A stretch of 64,000 nt of DNA from Eledone cirrhosa (lineage: Eukaryota): contig OZ024752.1 in NCBI GenBank assembly GCA_964016885.1, forward strand, positions 24,552,001-24,616,000, in the 5' to 3' direction. Shown here piece by piece: positions 13,711 through 27,909 of the stretch (positions are counted from its first letter, which is position 1; every line of letters starts with the position of its first letter). The position numbers and the translations under genes are program-made. Under the pieces are notes generated by a model. That model did no database searches, was not told the origin of the DNA, and worked only from the letters and a program-made list of their open reading frames with translations.

Positions 13711-15849
13711 TTGGACCTAAAAAAGTCTAAAAAAATCCATGTCCACTCGGACAAAACTGGTAACTTGTATCATATGGATATTGAACATTATAATGAGTTC
13801 ATATATAAAGAACTCAGAAAAAATTATAAAAAATCTAATAATGCGTCACTCACCAACATCAACAACAAAACACACAACATAGTAAAAAAACTAAACATTG
13901 AAGATAGAACTGAACCTTTGGCATTGAAAAGACCACACTTCAACCTGAAGGATCATAAATCAAATTTTAACTCAAATCCTTCTATTAGACTTATATGTCC
14001 CTCCAAATCAGATATTGGAATAATTAGCAAAAAAATTTTGGATAGAGTCATCCCACAAATAAGAAAACACGTTATTTTACCACTCTGGGAAAACACCTCC
14101 CAGGTAATTAACTGGTTTAAAAATATTAGATGTAAATCTTCTGCTTCATTTCTACAATTTGATATAGATAATTACTATTCTTCTATATCACCTATACTCC
14201 TGAACAAAGCATTGATATTTGCTAAAAATAGATCTAACTTAACTTTGGATGACATTAATATTATTACACATGCTAGACTAACACTTATTGAATTTCAGAA
14301 TGAATACTGGACCAGAAACACATATAGTAATCTTTTTGATATTACTATGGGTTCAAGCGATTCCGCCCAAATTACTGATCTTGTGGGCCTCTTTCTCCTT
14401 TTCAACATAAATGCCTCCTTTCCCCACCTCAAAGGTGGTTTATATCGTGATGACTGTCTTCTTCTTTCTAACAACCTTAGCCTTTCAGAAATTGAAAAAA
14501 ACAAAAAACATATTAGAACTTTCCTTAAAGACTATTATAATCTTAATATTACTTTTGAAAAAACAAGTAAAGTAGTAAATTTCCTAGATATAACTTTAGA
14601 TTTAGCTACGGGTATCTACCAACCTTACCATAAACCAAACCAAAACTTACATTACATACACTCACAATCTAATCACCCTAAATCTATCCTTAAAAACCTT
14701 GCATATAATATATCACTTAGAATTTCTAACCTTTCTTCTAACCAAGATGTATTTGATAAAAATGCGACCTTCTATAACGAAGCTCTAGATAGAAGTGGCC
14801 ACAAAAATAGATTAGAATATATACCTTCTACTAAAAATACTGAAAGCATACAACCTAATATTACCAACAAACACCAAATGAAAAGTACACACCTAAATGC
14901 CACCCACACTATACCCCAAAATACCAAATCTTCTAATATAAAGTATAGTAACTCTCAAAAAACTACTTATCATACAACTCTAATAAATATTAATAATAAA
15001 ATTCCTAATAAAAAGGATAAAACACCTAAATCTACAAATATAACTAAAAATGGTTGTGGTGAGATCATTAACATTAATCCTCCTAGTAAAAATCACGATA
15101 CAACCTATAAAAATAATAAAAATAATAAACAACATAGAAACCGTAATAGACGGGTTACTTGGTATAATGCTCCATTTAATTTACAAATTAAGGATAATAT
15201 TGCTAAAAAAATTTTTTATATCCTAGAGAAAAACTTCCCGCCAAACCACAAATACCATCAAATCTTAAATAGGTCTACAGTTAAATTCTCATACTCTACA
15301 ACAAATAACATAAAACAAAATATAAGTGCCTATAATGCATATAAATGTAAGAAAACCATAAGTATACCACCAGTACATCAAATTAACCATAATATCTCCT
15401 CAAATACAGAATTAACGAAAGGTTGTAACTGTAGAAACAAAGCAAACTGCCCATTAAAAGGGAATTGTCTTGTTAACAACATAGTCTATAAATGTAATGT
15501 TAAAACTAAAGATTCTATTTGCTCATATATAGGAGCTACCTCTAACAATTTTAAGACAAGGTTTAATACCCACAAGCATAGTTTTAAAAATGCCGCACTG
15601 GCTAATACAACATCTCTAGCAGAAAAAATCAATAGTTATAAAAATAAGAATATAGAATATGATTTGACCTGGAGTGTGCTCAAAAGAGCCACCCCTTATC
15701 AAAATAATAGAAATGAATGTAGATTATGTTCCCAAGAACTATTTGAAATAATGAAATCTAAGGATATCCTATTAAATAAACGACAGGAATTAATTATATC
15801 GTGTAATCATAAACTAAAAAAAACATTTAAATATTATAAACCTAATTAA
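13711..15849 (+). CDS. PLE RT-GIY-YIG polyprotein, N-terminally truncated, open frame
   Basis: SDKTGNLY, NLKDHK, QFDIDNYY, TMGSSDSA, LYRDD, FLDITL, WYNAPF, CNCRNKANCPLKGNCL, IVY..YIG, CRLC, CNH. Confidence 0.88.
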   Translation: MDLKKSKKIHVHSDKTGNLYHMDIEHYNEFIYKELRKNYKKSNNASLTNINNKTHNIVKKLNIEDRTEPLALKRPHFNLKDHKSNFNSNPSIRLICPSKSDIGIISKKILDRVIPQIRKHVILPLWENTSQVINWFKNIRCKSSASFLQFDIDNYYSSISPILLNKALIFAKNRSNLTLDDINIITHARLTLIEFQNEYWTRNTYSNLFDITMGSSDSAQITDLVGLFLLFNINASFPHLKGGLYRDDCLLLSNNLSLSEIEKNKKHIRTFLKDYYNLNITFEKTSKVVNFLDITLDLATGIYQPYHKPNQNLHYIHSQSNHPKSILKNLAYNISLRISNLSSNQDVFDKNATFYNEALDRSGHKNRLEYIPSTKNTESIQPNITNKHQMKSTHLNATHTIPQNTKSSNIKYSNSQKTTYHTTLININNKIPNKKDKTPKSTNITKNGCGEIININPPSKNHDTTYKNNKNNKQHRNRNRRVTWYNAPFNLQIKDNIAKKIFYILEKNFPPNHKYHQILNRSTVKFSYSTTNNIKQNISAYNAYKCKKTISIPPVHQINHNISSNTELTKGCNCRNKANCPLKGNCLVNNIVYKCNVKTKDSICSYIGATSNNFKTRFNTHKHSFKNAALANTTSLAEKINSYKNKNIEYDLTWSVLKRATPYQNNRNECRLCSQELFEIMKSKDILLNKRQELIISCNHKLKKTFKYYKPN

Positions 15850-17174
15850 TAACATTATTTTAGAAATTAATTTAATTTAAATGTTAGTTAACCTATAAAT
15901 TTAATTTAATTAAAATTCTATTACAGATGAGAATATAAAATATTATGTAATCATAAATTGTGAAAAACCTTTAAATATTACTAATATATACTTAGTAATT
16001 TAATTTATAGATTAATTTTAATTTATTTAAACCTTTTATTATAATTCTTTTACAGATAAAATATAACAAAATATCGTGTATCCAATGACAGAGAAATAAT
16101 TTTTAGTATTATAGACCTAATTAATATACATTTTAGAAATATATTTATAATTTGGTTTTAATTTTAATTTTAATCAACCTAAAAATTTAATTTAATTGGC
16201 TTAAAATTAATATCCTTATACAGACGAATTGCAGAATGTCATCTAATCATAGAATGGGATGTGTTTTGGATTTATACCTAGTTAATATATTCTTTGCAAT
16301 TTTTGAAAAAATATGTATATGTATATGTGTATGTGTATGTGTGTGCGTATGTATATGTGTATATATGTATATATATATGTATATATATGTATATATATAT
16401 GGGTATGTATATGTATATGTATATGTATTAATTTTGATTTCTATTTGCATATAATTATATTCTGCTATTGATAAAATACAATATCTGTTTTATTTATTAT
16501 ATACCTAATTAACATATACTATAGAAATAAATATATAATTTTTAATTTAATTAACCCACATTTTATATTCTACTACCGATGTAATACTTTATTTGTTTTT
16601 TCCCTATTACTAAATTCATTTCCTAATATTGATACCATAAAGTTATTAACTTTAATTTAGTTATACTACAATTAATACTCTACTACTATTTAACTTCAAA
16701 ATTCTGCTTCAAATATTATAAACCTAACTAGAAATCAATATGTTAACTATCTTTTGTTTAGTTAACATATAATTGATGGTATACTTATTTATTTTGAAAT
16801 GCATAAATTTTGCCTTATTTCTGGTTTATTGTATTTCCTAACACTGATAATATGTAAAAACATACATTGGATATAGATACGGATAATATTCTATGTTTCT
16901 TGAAACATATATTTACTATATTCCCCTTCTCTAACCCCCCCCTTTCCCCCATACTATTATCATCTGTGTTTGTAAGCGTGTATGTATGAATATATATATA
17001 GGTAGGTGTGTATATATATTTGGGTATTTATATCTGAATATAAAAATACATATATGCGCATGCAAATAAGAATGTATGATTGTGTGTGTATATATATATG
17101 TGTGTATGTATGTGTATGTGTGTATATATGCATGTGTATATGTGTGTGTATGTGTATGTCTGTATGTGTATATA

Positions 17175-17237
<63 letters not shown>

Positions 17238-17821
17238 ATATATATATATATGTGTGTGTATGTATGTATGTATATGTGTGTGTGTATATATATGTATGTC
17301 TCTCTATTTATACGTCTATCTTCGTATCTATGTGGATATATGTGTGTGTGTGCATGTATACACATATATGTGTTTATGTGTATATGTATGTATGTATATA
17401 TATATGTGTGTGTGCACACACATATATATATATATATGTGAATGTGTATATGTGTGTGTGTGTATATGTATGTGTATGTATATGTGTATATATATCTATG
17501 TGTGTATATATGTCTATATTCGTATGTGTGTATATATATATATATATATGTGTATATGTGTATGTATATATATATATATATGTATGTGTGTATATATATA
17601 TATATTATTTATTATTATAATATAACTTATGTGTATGTGTATATGTGAGGGTGTGTATATGTATATATATGTGTATATATATGTGTAAAAAAATATATAT
17701 ATGTGCATGTCTGTTTTTTATGTGTGTCTATATATATATATATATGTGTATATATATATATATGTGGGTGTTTGTATGTGTATTTATGGTTGTATGTGTG
17801 TGTGGGTATATGTATATAAGT

Positions 17822-17867
<46 letters not shown>

Positions 17868-18198
17868 ATATATATCTCTATTAATGCGTGTATATATGTA
17901 TATGTATATGCCTTTTTCTTTGTATGTCTGAGTTGGGTGAGGGTGTAGTGGTGTTTCTATGTATATACGCATATATGGATGCGTTTGTATGTGTATATAT
18001 GAGTATATGTAAGTGCGTATGTATGTATGATTATATATCTAATTCTATGTATGAGTATATATGTGTGTATGTATGTTGTGTGTGTATGTATGTATATGTC
18101 TATGTGTGTATATATATATATATGTATGTGTGTGTATCTATCTATGTATATGTATGTATGTACATATATGTCTATGTATGTGTGTATGTATGTGTATG

Positions 18199-18249
<51 letters not shown>

Positions 18250-18823
18250 TTATTTTATTATTTTTTTTATATATATGTGTGTGTGTGTATGTGTGTGTGT
18301 GTGTGTATATATATCTTTGTATATGTGTATGTGTATGTTCGTGTAGGTGTATGTGTGTGTATGACTATATATGTATGTGTATGTGTGTATGTGTGTGTAT
18401 ATGTATATCTATATGTGTGTACATGTATGTATGTGTATGTATGTGTATATGTGTATGTGTGTATATGTATGTGTATATATATGTATATATATATATATAT
18501 ATATATGTGTGTATATATATATATATATATGTATATGTTTCTCTATTTGTATATGTATATGTGTATGGGTATATACCTTTTTCTTTGTATGTCTGAGTTG
18601 TGTGAGAGTGTAGTGGTGTTTGTATGTATATACCGATATATAGATGCGTAAGTATTTGTCTGTATGTATGTTTATATGTCTGTATGTATTTGTGTGTATA
18701 TATAGGTATGTATGTGTATATCTGTATGTATATATGTATGTAAGTGTATGTATATGTGTGTGTATGTGTGTATATATATGTGTGTCTATATAGTATGTGT
18801 GATTATATGTGTATGTATGAGTG

Positions 18824-18884
<61 letters not shown>

Positions 18885-18965
18885 ATATATATATGTGTAT
18901 TTATATGTATGTGTGTATATGTATGTATGTGTGTATATGTATGTATGTGTTTGTATATGTGTATG

Positions 18966-19008
<43 letters not shown>

Positions 19009-19023
19009 GTATATATATGTATA

Positions 19024-19071
<48 letters not shown>

Positions 19072-19737
19072 CTTGATATATTTCTTTTTTCTTTTTTCTT
19101 TTTTCTTTTTTCTTTTTTCTTTTTTCTTTTTTCTTTTTCTTTTCTTTCCTTTTTAATGTTTATTTATTATTTATTATTTTTTATTTTCTTAGCTTATAGA
19201 TACATCTATATTAAGCAGTCAGCCCAAACCGTTGAATACTGACCTCTCCCCCCCCCCTCCCACCTAATTTCTGTATCTTTATCTAAATGTGTGTGCCAGT
19301 GTTTATGTGAGTGAATTAATATCCATGTGCTTAGGATTTTATATCCACATATATATATATGTGAGTGGGGATGTGTGTGTGGATGTATGTTCGTAGTTTA
19401 TGTGTATGTCTATGCATATACGCGCGTGTATGTGTGATTGTACTGATATGTGTTAGTATGAAAATATGTATACACTTATTTCATATTTATGTATCTATAC
19501 GCATCTTATCTGTGCATTATAGACTTACAGAGACATTAACCTTGAAATTTTGTATTTGCATCCATCCTTTTTGTATGCGTATACAGGTTCTGCATACATT
19601 TTTGTAAAATATGTGTAAGGTTTGTTACATGTATATACACACACCGAACTGCATTAAACCTTTTGTATTTTCATTGGTCAATTTTGTTCCCAAACGGACC
19701 TGAAATTTTGAATTGTTGTTATTATCAATAAATATAT

Positions 19738-19892
19738 TTCATTATTTCTGAAGACGGCGTATATGTGTGTTTGGTATGTATATTTAATCTTGATAGTTTG
19801 TATAATTTTGTATAATTTTGTACATAGATCTGTTGAATATGCATGCCAACTCTAACACATATATATCCTAGAAACGATCGTTAAATAATGAA
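19738..19892 (+). ncRNA. Hammerhead ribozyme with ~115-nt stem II (family B)
   Basis: TTCATTATTT-CTGAAGA-(116 nt)-GAAA-CGATCG-TT-AAATAATGAA. Other copies: 9362-9509(-), 10467-10620(-), 27963-28117(-), 33932-34086(+), 39668-39820(+), 45204-45350(+). Confidence 0.78.
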
Positions 19893-20099
19893 CTTTTTTT
19901 GTTTAATATAAGGAATTGTTTATTCATTATTTGTTTAATATTTTATCTTGACTCTGTATACCGTTTATCTTTCACCGAAAGTGATTTTTCATTACATCTC
20001 TTCTTTCCATGATATCCGGAATACATTGAGTTCTTCATACGGATTGGACACTACCGTAAACTCTTGGTAGATTTATCTACATATATATATATATATATA

Positions 20100-20412
20100 T
20101 ACATACACTCATACATACACATATAATCACACATACTATATAGACACACATATATATACACACATACACGCACATATACATACACTTACATACATATATA
20201 CATACAGATATACACATACATACCTATATATACACACAAATACATACAGACATACATACATACATACAGACAAATACTTAGGCATCTATATATCGGTATA
20301 TACATACAAACACCACTACACTCTCACACAACTCAGACATACAAAGAAAAAGGTATATACCTATACACATATACATATACAAATAGAGAAACATATACAT
20401 ATATATATATAT

Positions 20413-20477
<65 letters not shown>

Positions 20478-20685
20478 CATACATATACACATATACACAC
20501 ATACACATAGATACACATACATACATGTACACACACATAGATATATATACACATACACACATACACACATACATATTTAGTCATACACACACATACACCT
20601 ACACGAACATACACATACACATATATAAAGATATATATACACACACACACACACATACACACACACACATATATATAAAAAATGA

Positions 20686-20738
<53 letters not shown>

Positions 20739-21069
20739 CATATACATACACACATACATAGACATATATGTACATACATACACATACATAGATACATACA
20801 TACACATACATACATATATATATACACACATAGACATATACTTACATACACACACAACATACATACACACATATATACTCATACATAGAATTAGATATAT
20901 AATCATACATACATACGCACTTACATATACTCATATATACAAATACATACGCATCCATATATGCGTATATACATAGAAACACCACTACACCCTCACCCAA
21001 CTCAGACATACAAAGAAAAAGGCATATACATATACATATATACACGCATTAATAGAGATATATATACAC

Positions 21070-21101
<32 letters not shown>

Positions 21102-21330
21102 ACTTATATATATATACTCACACCCAAATACAACCAAAAATACACATACAAACACCCACATATACATATATATACACATATATATATATACACACACATA
21201 AAAAACAGACATGCACATATATATTTTTTTACACACATATATACACATATATATACATATACACACCCTCACATATACACACATACACATAAGTTATATT
21301 ATAATAATAAATAATATATATATATATAAC

Positions 21331-21383
<53 letters not shown>

Positions 21384-21654
21384 CGAATATAGACATATAT
21401 ATGCACATAGATACACATATATATATATATACACATACATATACACACACACATATACACACTCACATATACATGTGTGTGCACACACACATATATACAC
21501 ATACACACATATACATATAAACACATATATGTGTATACATGCGCACACATACATATATCCACATAGATACGAAGATAGACATATAAATAGAGAGACATAC
21601 ATATATATACACACACACACATATACATACATACATACACACATATATATATAT

Positions 21655-21705
<51 letters not shown>

Positions 21706-24700
21706 CACACATACACATACACATATATATACACACATGCATATATACACATATACACATACATACACACACATATATATACACACACAATCTTACATTC
21801 CTATTTGCATGCGCATATATGTATTTTTATATTCAGATATAAATACCCAAACATATATACACCTACCTACATATATATTCATACATACACGCCTACAAAC
21901 ACTGATGGTAATAGTATGGGGGAAAGGGGGGGGGGGTGGAGAAGGGGATTATAGTAAATATATGTTTCAAGAAACAGAATATTATCCGTATCAGGATCCA
22001 ATATATATTTTTTTACATAGTTTCAGTGTTAGGAAATACAATAAACAAGAAATAAGGCAAAATTTATGCATTTCAAAATAAATAAGTATACCATTAAATT
22101 ATATGTTAACTAAACTAAAGATAGTTAACATATTGATTTCTAAGGTGTAAATTAGTTAGGTTTATAATATTTGAAGCAGAATTTTGAAGTTAAATAGTAG
22201 TAGAGTATTAATTATAGTATAACTAAATTAAAGTTAATAACGTTATGGTATCAATATTAGGAAATGAATTTAGTAATAGGGAAAAAACAAATAAAGTATT
22301 ACATCGGTAGTAGAATATAAATTATAGGTTAACTAAATTAAAAATTATATATTTATTTCTATAGTATATGTTAATTAGGTATATAATAAATAAAACAGAT
22401 ATTGTATTTTATCAATAGCAGAATATAATTATATGCAAATAGAAATCAAAATTAATACATATACATATACATATACATACACATATATATATACACATAT
22501 ATATACATATATATATACATATATACACATATACACACACACACACATACACATACACATATACATATACATATTTTTTCAAAAATTGCAAAGAATATAT
22601 TAACTAGGTATATATCCAAAACACATCCCATTCTATGATTACATGACATTCTGCATTTCGTCTGTATAAGGATACTAATTTTAAGCCAATTAAATTAAAT
22701 TTTTAGGTTGATTAAAATTAAAACCAAATTATAAATATATTTCTAAAATGTATATTAATTAGGTCTATAATACTAAAAATTAATTCTCTGTCATTGGATA
22801 CACGATATTTTGTTATATTTTATCTGTAAAAGAATTATAATAAAAGGTTTAAATAAATTAAAATTAATCTATAAATTAAATTACTAAGTATATATTAGTA
22901 ATATTTAAAGGTTTTTCAATTTATGATTACATAATATTTTATATTCTCATCTGTAATAAAATTTTAATTAAATTAAATTTATAGGTTAACTAACATTTAA
23001 ATTAAATTAATTTCTAAAATAATGTTATTAATTAGGTTTATAATATTTAAATGTTTTTTTTAGTTTATGATTACACGATATAATTAATTCCTGTCGTTTA
23101 TTTAATAGGATATCCTTAGATTTCATTATTTCAAATAGTTCTTGGGAACATAATCTACATTCATTTCTATTATTTTGATAAGGGGTGGCTCTTTTGAGCA
23201 CACTCCAGGTCAAATCATATTCTATATTCTTATTTTTATAAATATTGATTTTTTCTGCTAGAGATGTTGTATTAGCCAGTGCTGCATTTTTAAAACTATG
23301 CTTGTGGGTATTAAACCTTGTCTTAAAATTGTTAGAGGTAGCTCCTATATATGAGCAAATAGAATCTTTAGTTTTAACATTACATTTATAGACTATGTTG
23401 TTAACAAGACAATTCCCTTTTAATGGGCAGTTTGCTTTGTTTCTACAGTTACAACCTTTCGTTAATTCTGTATTTGAGGAGATATTATGGTTAATTTGAT
23501 GTACTGGTGGTATACTTATGGTTTTCTTACATTTATATGCATTATAGGCACTTATATTTTGTTTTATGTTATTTGTTGTAGAATATGAGAATTTAACTGT
23601 AGACCTATTTAAGATTTGATGGTATTTGTGGTTTGGCGGGAAGTTTTTCTCTAGGATATAAAAAAATTTTTTAGAAATATTATCCTTAATTTGTAAATTA
23701 AATGGAGCATTATACCAAGTAACCCGTCTATTACGGTTTCTATGTTGTTTATTATTTTTATTATTTTTATAGGTTGTATCGTGATTTTTACTAGGAGGAT
23801 TAATGTTAATGATCTCACCACAACCATTTTTAGTTATATTTGTAGATTTAGGTGTTTTATCCTTTTTATTAGGAGTTTTATTATTAATATTTATTAGAGT
23901 TGTATGATGAGTAGTTTTTTGAGAGTTACTATACTTTATATTAGAAGATTTGGTATTTTGGGGTATAGTGTGGGTGGCATTTAGGTGTGTACTTTTCATT
24001 TGGTGTTTGTTGGTAATATTAGGTTGTATGCTTTCAGTGTTTTTAGTAGAAGGTATATATTCCAATCTATTTTTGTGGCCACTTCTATCTAGAGCTTCGT
24101 TATAGAAGGTCGCATTTTTATCAAATACATCTTGGTTAGACGAAAGGTTAGAAATTCTAAGTGATATATTATATGCAAGGTTTTTAAGGATAGATTTAGG
24201 GTGATTAGATTGTGAGTGTATGTAATGTAAGTTTTGGTTTGGTTTATGGTAAGGTTGGTAGATACCCGTAGCTAAATCTAAAGTTATATCTAGGAAATTT
24301 ACTACTTTACTTGTTTTTTCAAAAGTAATATTAAGATTATAATAGTCTTTAAGGAAAGTTCTAATATGTTTTTTGTTTTTTTCAATTTCTGAAAGGCTAA
24401 GGTTGTTAGAAAGAAGAAGACAGTCATCACGATATAAACCACCTTTGAGGTGGGGAAAGGAGGCATTTATGTTGAAAAGGAGAAAGAGGCCCACAAGATC
24501 AGTAATTTGGGCGGAATCGCTTGAACCCATAGTAATATCAAATAGATTACTATATGTGTTTCTGGTCCAGTATTCATTCTGAAATTCAATAAGTGTTAGT
24601 CTAGCATGTGTAATAATATTAATGTCATCCAAAGTTAAGTTAGATCTATTTTTAGCAAATATCAATGCTTTGTTCAGGAGTATAGGTGATATAGAAGAAT

Positions 24701-24919
24701 AGTAATTATCTATATCAAATTGTAGAAATGAAGCAGAAGATTTACATCTAATATTTTTAAACCAGTTAATTACCTGGGAGGTGTTTTCCCAGAGTGGTAA
24801 AATAACGTGCTTTCTTATTTGTGGGATGACTCTATCCAAAATTTTTTTGCTAATTATTCCAATATCTGATTTGGAGGGACATATAAGTCTAATAGAAGGA
24901 TTTGAGTTAAAATTTGATA
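20100..24919 (-). mobile_element. Naiad family B copy B2, truncated at both ends, tail-to-tail with B1
   Basis: Near-identical reverse complement of ~13960-18830. Confidence 0.9.
23028..24919 (-). pseudogene. 5'-truncated PLE RT-GIY-YIG ORF
   Basis: Matches the B1 protein from SNFNSNPSIRL to YKPN*. The first ~20 aa of the tracked ORF come from the flanking element. Confidence 0.88.
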
Positions 24920-24925
24920 TATATA

Positions 24926-25204
<279 letters not shown>

Positions 25205-25214
25205 ATATATATAT

Positions 25215-25267
<53 letters not shown>

Positions 25268-25320
25268 TATATATATATATATATATATATCTGATATATA
25301 TATATATATATATCTTATAT

Positions 25321-25407
<87 letters not shown>

Positions 25408-25649
25408 TATATATATATATATATATCTTATATATATATATCTGATATATATATATATATCTTATATATATATATATATATATATCTTATATATATATAT
25501 ATCTGATATATATATATATCTGATATATATATATATCTGATATATATATATATATATATATATGTTTATATATATATATCTGATATATATATATATATAT
25601 ATGGTTATATATATATATCTGATATATATATCTGATATATATATATATA

Positions 25650-25714
<65 letters not shown>

Positions 25715-25720
25715 TATATA

Positions 25721-26308
25721 TAAGTTGTAATAAAATGAAAACGAAATTTCATTTCTCACTCTTAGTACGGCACTTACTTAAATGTAAGTATGTATGTATA
25801 CGTACATACATATATGTATACAGACGTACAGTAGCATGTATATATATATATATACATATATGCATACAGGTACACATACATATATGTACGTATCAGTTTA
25901 GCGGACGCTTATTATAACCCCCGCTTTGTTCGTTTGTAAACAAACTGAACAGCCTGAATTTATGCCGTACGGTGTTAAGGCAACCACGTCACCTTTTTGT
26001 TCAACACTGCCACAGAAACGATGTACTAGTTTCAAGCTTGTTAGCTATCATCAGCACCGTATACCCTTCTGCCAGATGGTTGAACGTTCGAAAGTATATA
26101 CTTTCCTTATGAAAATTAACGGCTGAGCAGCCTAATTTGCATATCGAGTGAGTTCGGTCAGGCGTACCGAGAACGATAAGTTGTAATAAAATGAAAACTG
26201 ATACGTACATATATGTATGTGTACCTGTATGTATATATGTATATATATATATATACATGCTACTGTACGTCTGTATACATATATGTATGTACGTATACAT
26301 ACATACTT
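25721..26308 (-). mobile_element. Non-coding ~456-bp HHR retroelement (retrozyme-like) with 5' inversion
   Basis: 22-bp direct repeat at 25721 and 26177, HHR at 26018-26060, and 26198-26308 is an inverted copy of ~25786-25896. Confidence 0.72.
26018..26060 (-). ncRNA. Minimal type I hammerhead ribozyme
   Basis: ACGGTG-CTGATGA-TAGCTAACAAGCTT-GAAA-CTAG-TA-CATCGT. Confidence 0.85.
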
Positions 26309-26425
26309 ATGTTTATATATATATATCTTATATATATATATGTTTATATATATATATCTTATATAAATATATGTTTATATATATATATCTGATATATATA
26401 TATATATATCTGATATATATATCTG

Positions 26426-26461
<36 letters not shown>

Positions 26462-26480
26462 CTGATATATATATATATAT

Positions 26481-26541
<61 letters not shown>

Positions 26542-26667
26542 ATATATATATATATATATATCTGATATATGTATATATATATATATGATATATATATATA
26601 TATCTGATATATGTATATATATATATATGATATATATATATATATCTGATATATATATATATATGTA

Positions 26668-26705
<38 letters not shown>

Positions 26706-26827
26706 TACATATATATATATATATATCAGATATATATATATATATCATATATATATATATACATATATCAGATATATATATATATATCATATATATATAT
26801 ATACATATATCAGATATATATATATAT

Positions 26828-26933
<106 letters not shown>

Positions 26934-26941
26934 GTTAAAAA

Positions 26942-27618
26942 TGTTTACATACAGAATAGCTGGGTTGCTCACAGTAAAGCAACCAGTGAAAGACTTGTTA
27001 CATCTACATATTTATACGTGTGTGTATTCATATGCACACTAGTATTTCAGTATGCATATGTAGATGTACATTTTTAACTTAATTGTTTAAGCGTCAGTCA
27101 TACAAAAGTGAGTTACAAACGAAACGAAATTTAATTTCGTTTCGTTATTTGTTTTTATCGTCTCCGCTGAACCGGTGCGTACTCACACTCTATGCAAATT
27201 AGTCTGCCCACTACTAATTTTCATAGAAAAAGCATATAACGATATGTGCTTTTACAATTCTCCAGAAAGGCCGGTAGATAGGTAAATATTGCTGATGAGT
27301 TGTAACAACAACGAAACTAGTTCAATATTCCTTGTCTGGCTTTCTGGAGAATAGAGGGAAGGTGTTTCCTCGAAAACCAGTATGACTCTAAAAACCGGTT
27401 TGTCTGTGTGTTTACATACAGAATAGCTGGGTTGCTCACAGTAAAGCAACCAGTGAAAGACTTGTTACATATGTATACGTGTGTGTATTCATATGCACAC
27501 TAGTATTTCAGTATGCATATGTAGATGTACATTTTTAACTTAATTGTTTAAGCGTCAGTCATACAAAAGTGAGTTACAAACGAAACGAAATTTAATTTCG
27601 TTTCGTTATTTGTTTTTA
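26942..27618 (+). mobile_element. Non-coding ~465-bp HHR retroelement, ~1.45 units
   Basis: 26942-27158 is repeated at 27409-27618, with a central HHR. Homologous to the element at 25721. Confidence 0.75.
27285..27329 (+). ncRNA. Minimal type I hammerhead ribozyme
   Basis: AATATTG-CTGATGA-GTTGT/ACAAC-GAAA-CTAG-TT-CAATATT: canonical core with a 7-bp stem I. Confidence 0.9.
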
Positions 27619-27628
27619 TATATATATA

Positions 27629-27721
<93 letters not shown>

Positions 27722-27756
27722 GATATATATATATATATATCTGATATATATATATA

Positions 27757-27792
<36 letters not shown>

Positions 27793-27851
27793 TATATATA
27801 TATATATATATATCTTTTATATATATATATTTATCTGATATATATATATAT

Positions 27852-27900
<49 letters not shown>

Positions 27901-27909
<9 letters not shown>

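Larger units (their letters stand above)
13585..20081 (+). mobile_element. Naiad-type PLE family B, copy B1 (5'-truncated)
   Basis: Starts abruptly at the KNPPHN codons (compare 40338). The ORF runs to 15849, then a 4.2-kb 3' UTR ending ATTTATCTACA-(TA)n. Confidence 0.9.

Noticed and set aside
13711-15849. Selenocysteine recoding, reported for some Naiad elements
   Set aside because: No in-frame TGA occurs in the Naiad ORFs here, and no SECIS was recognised.
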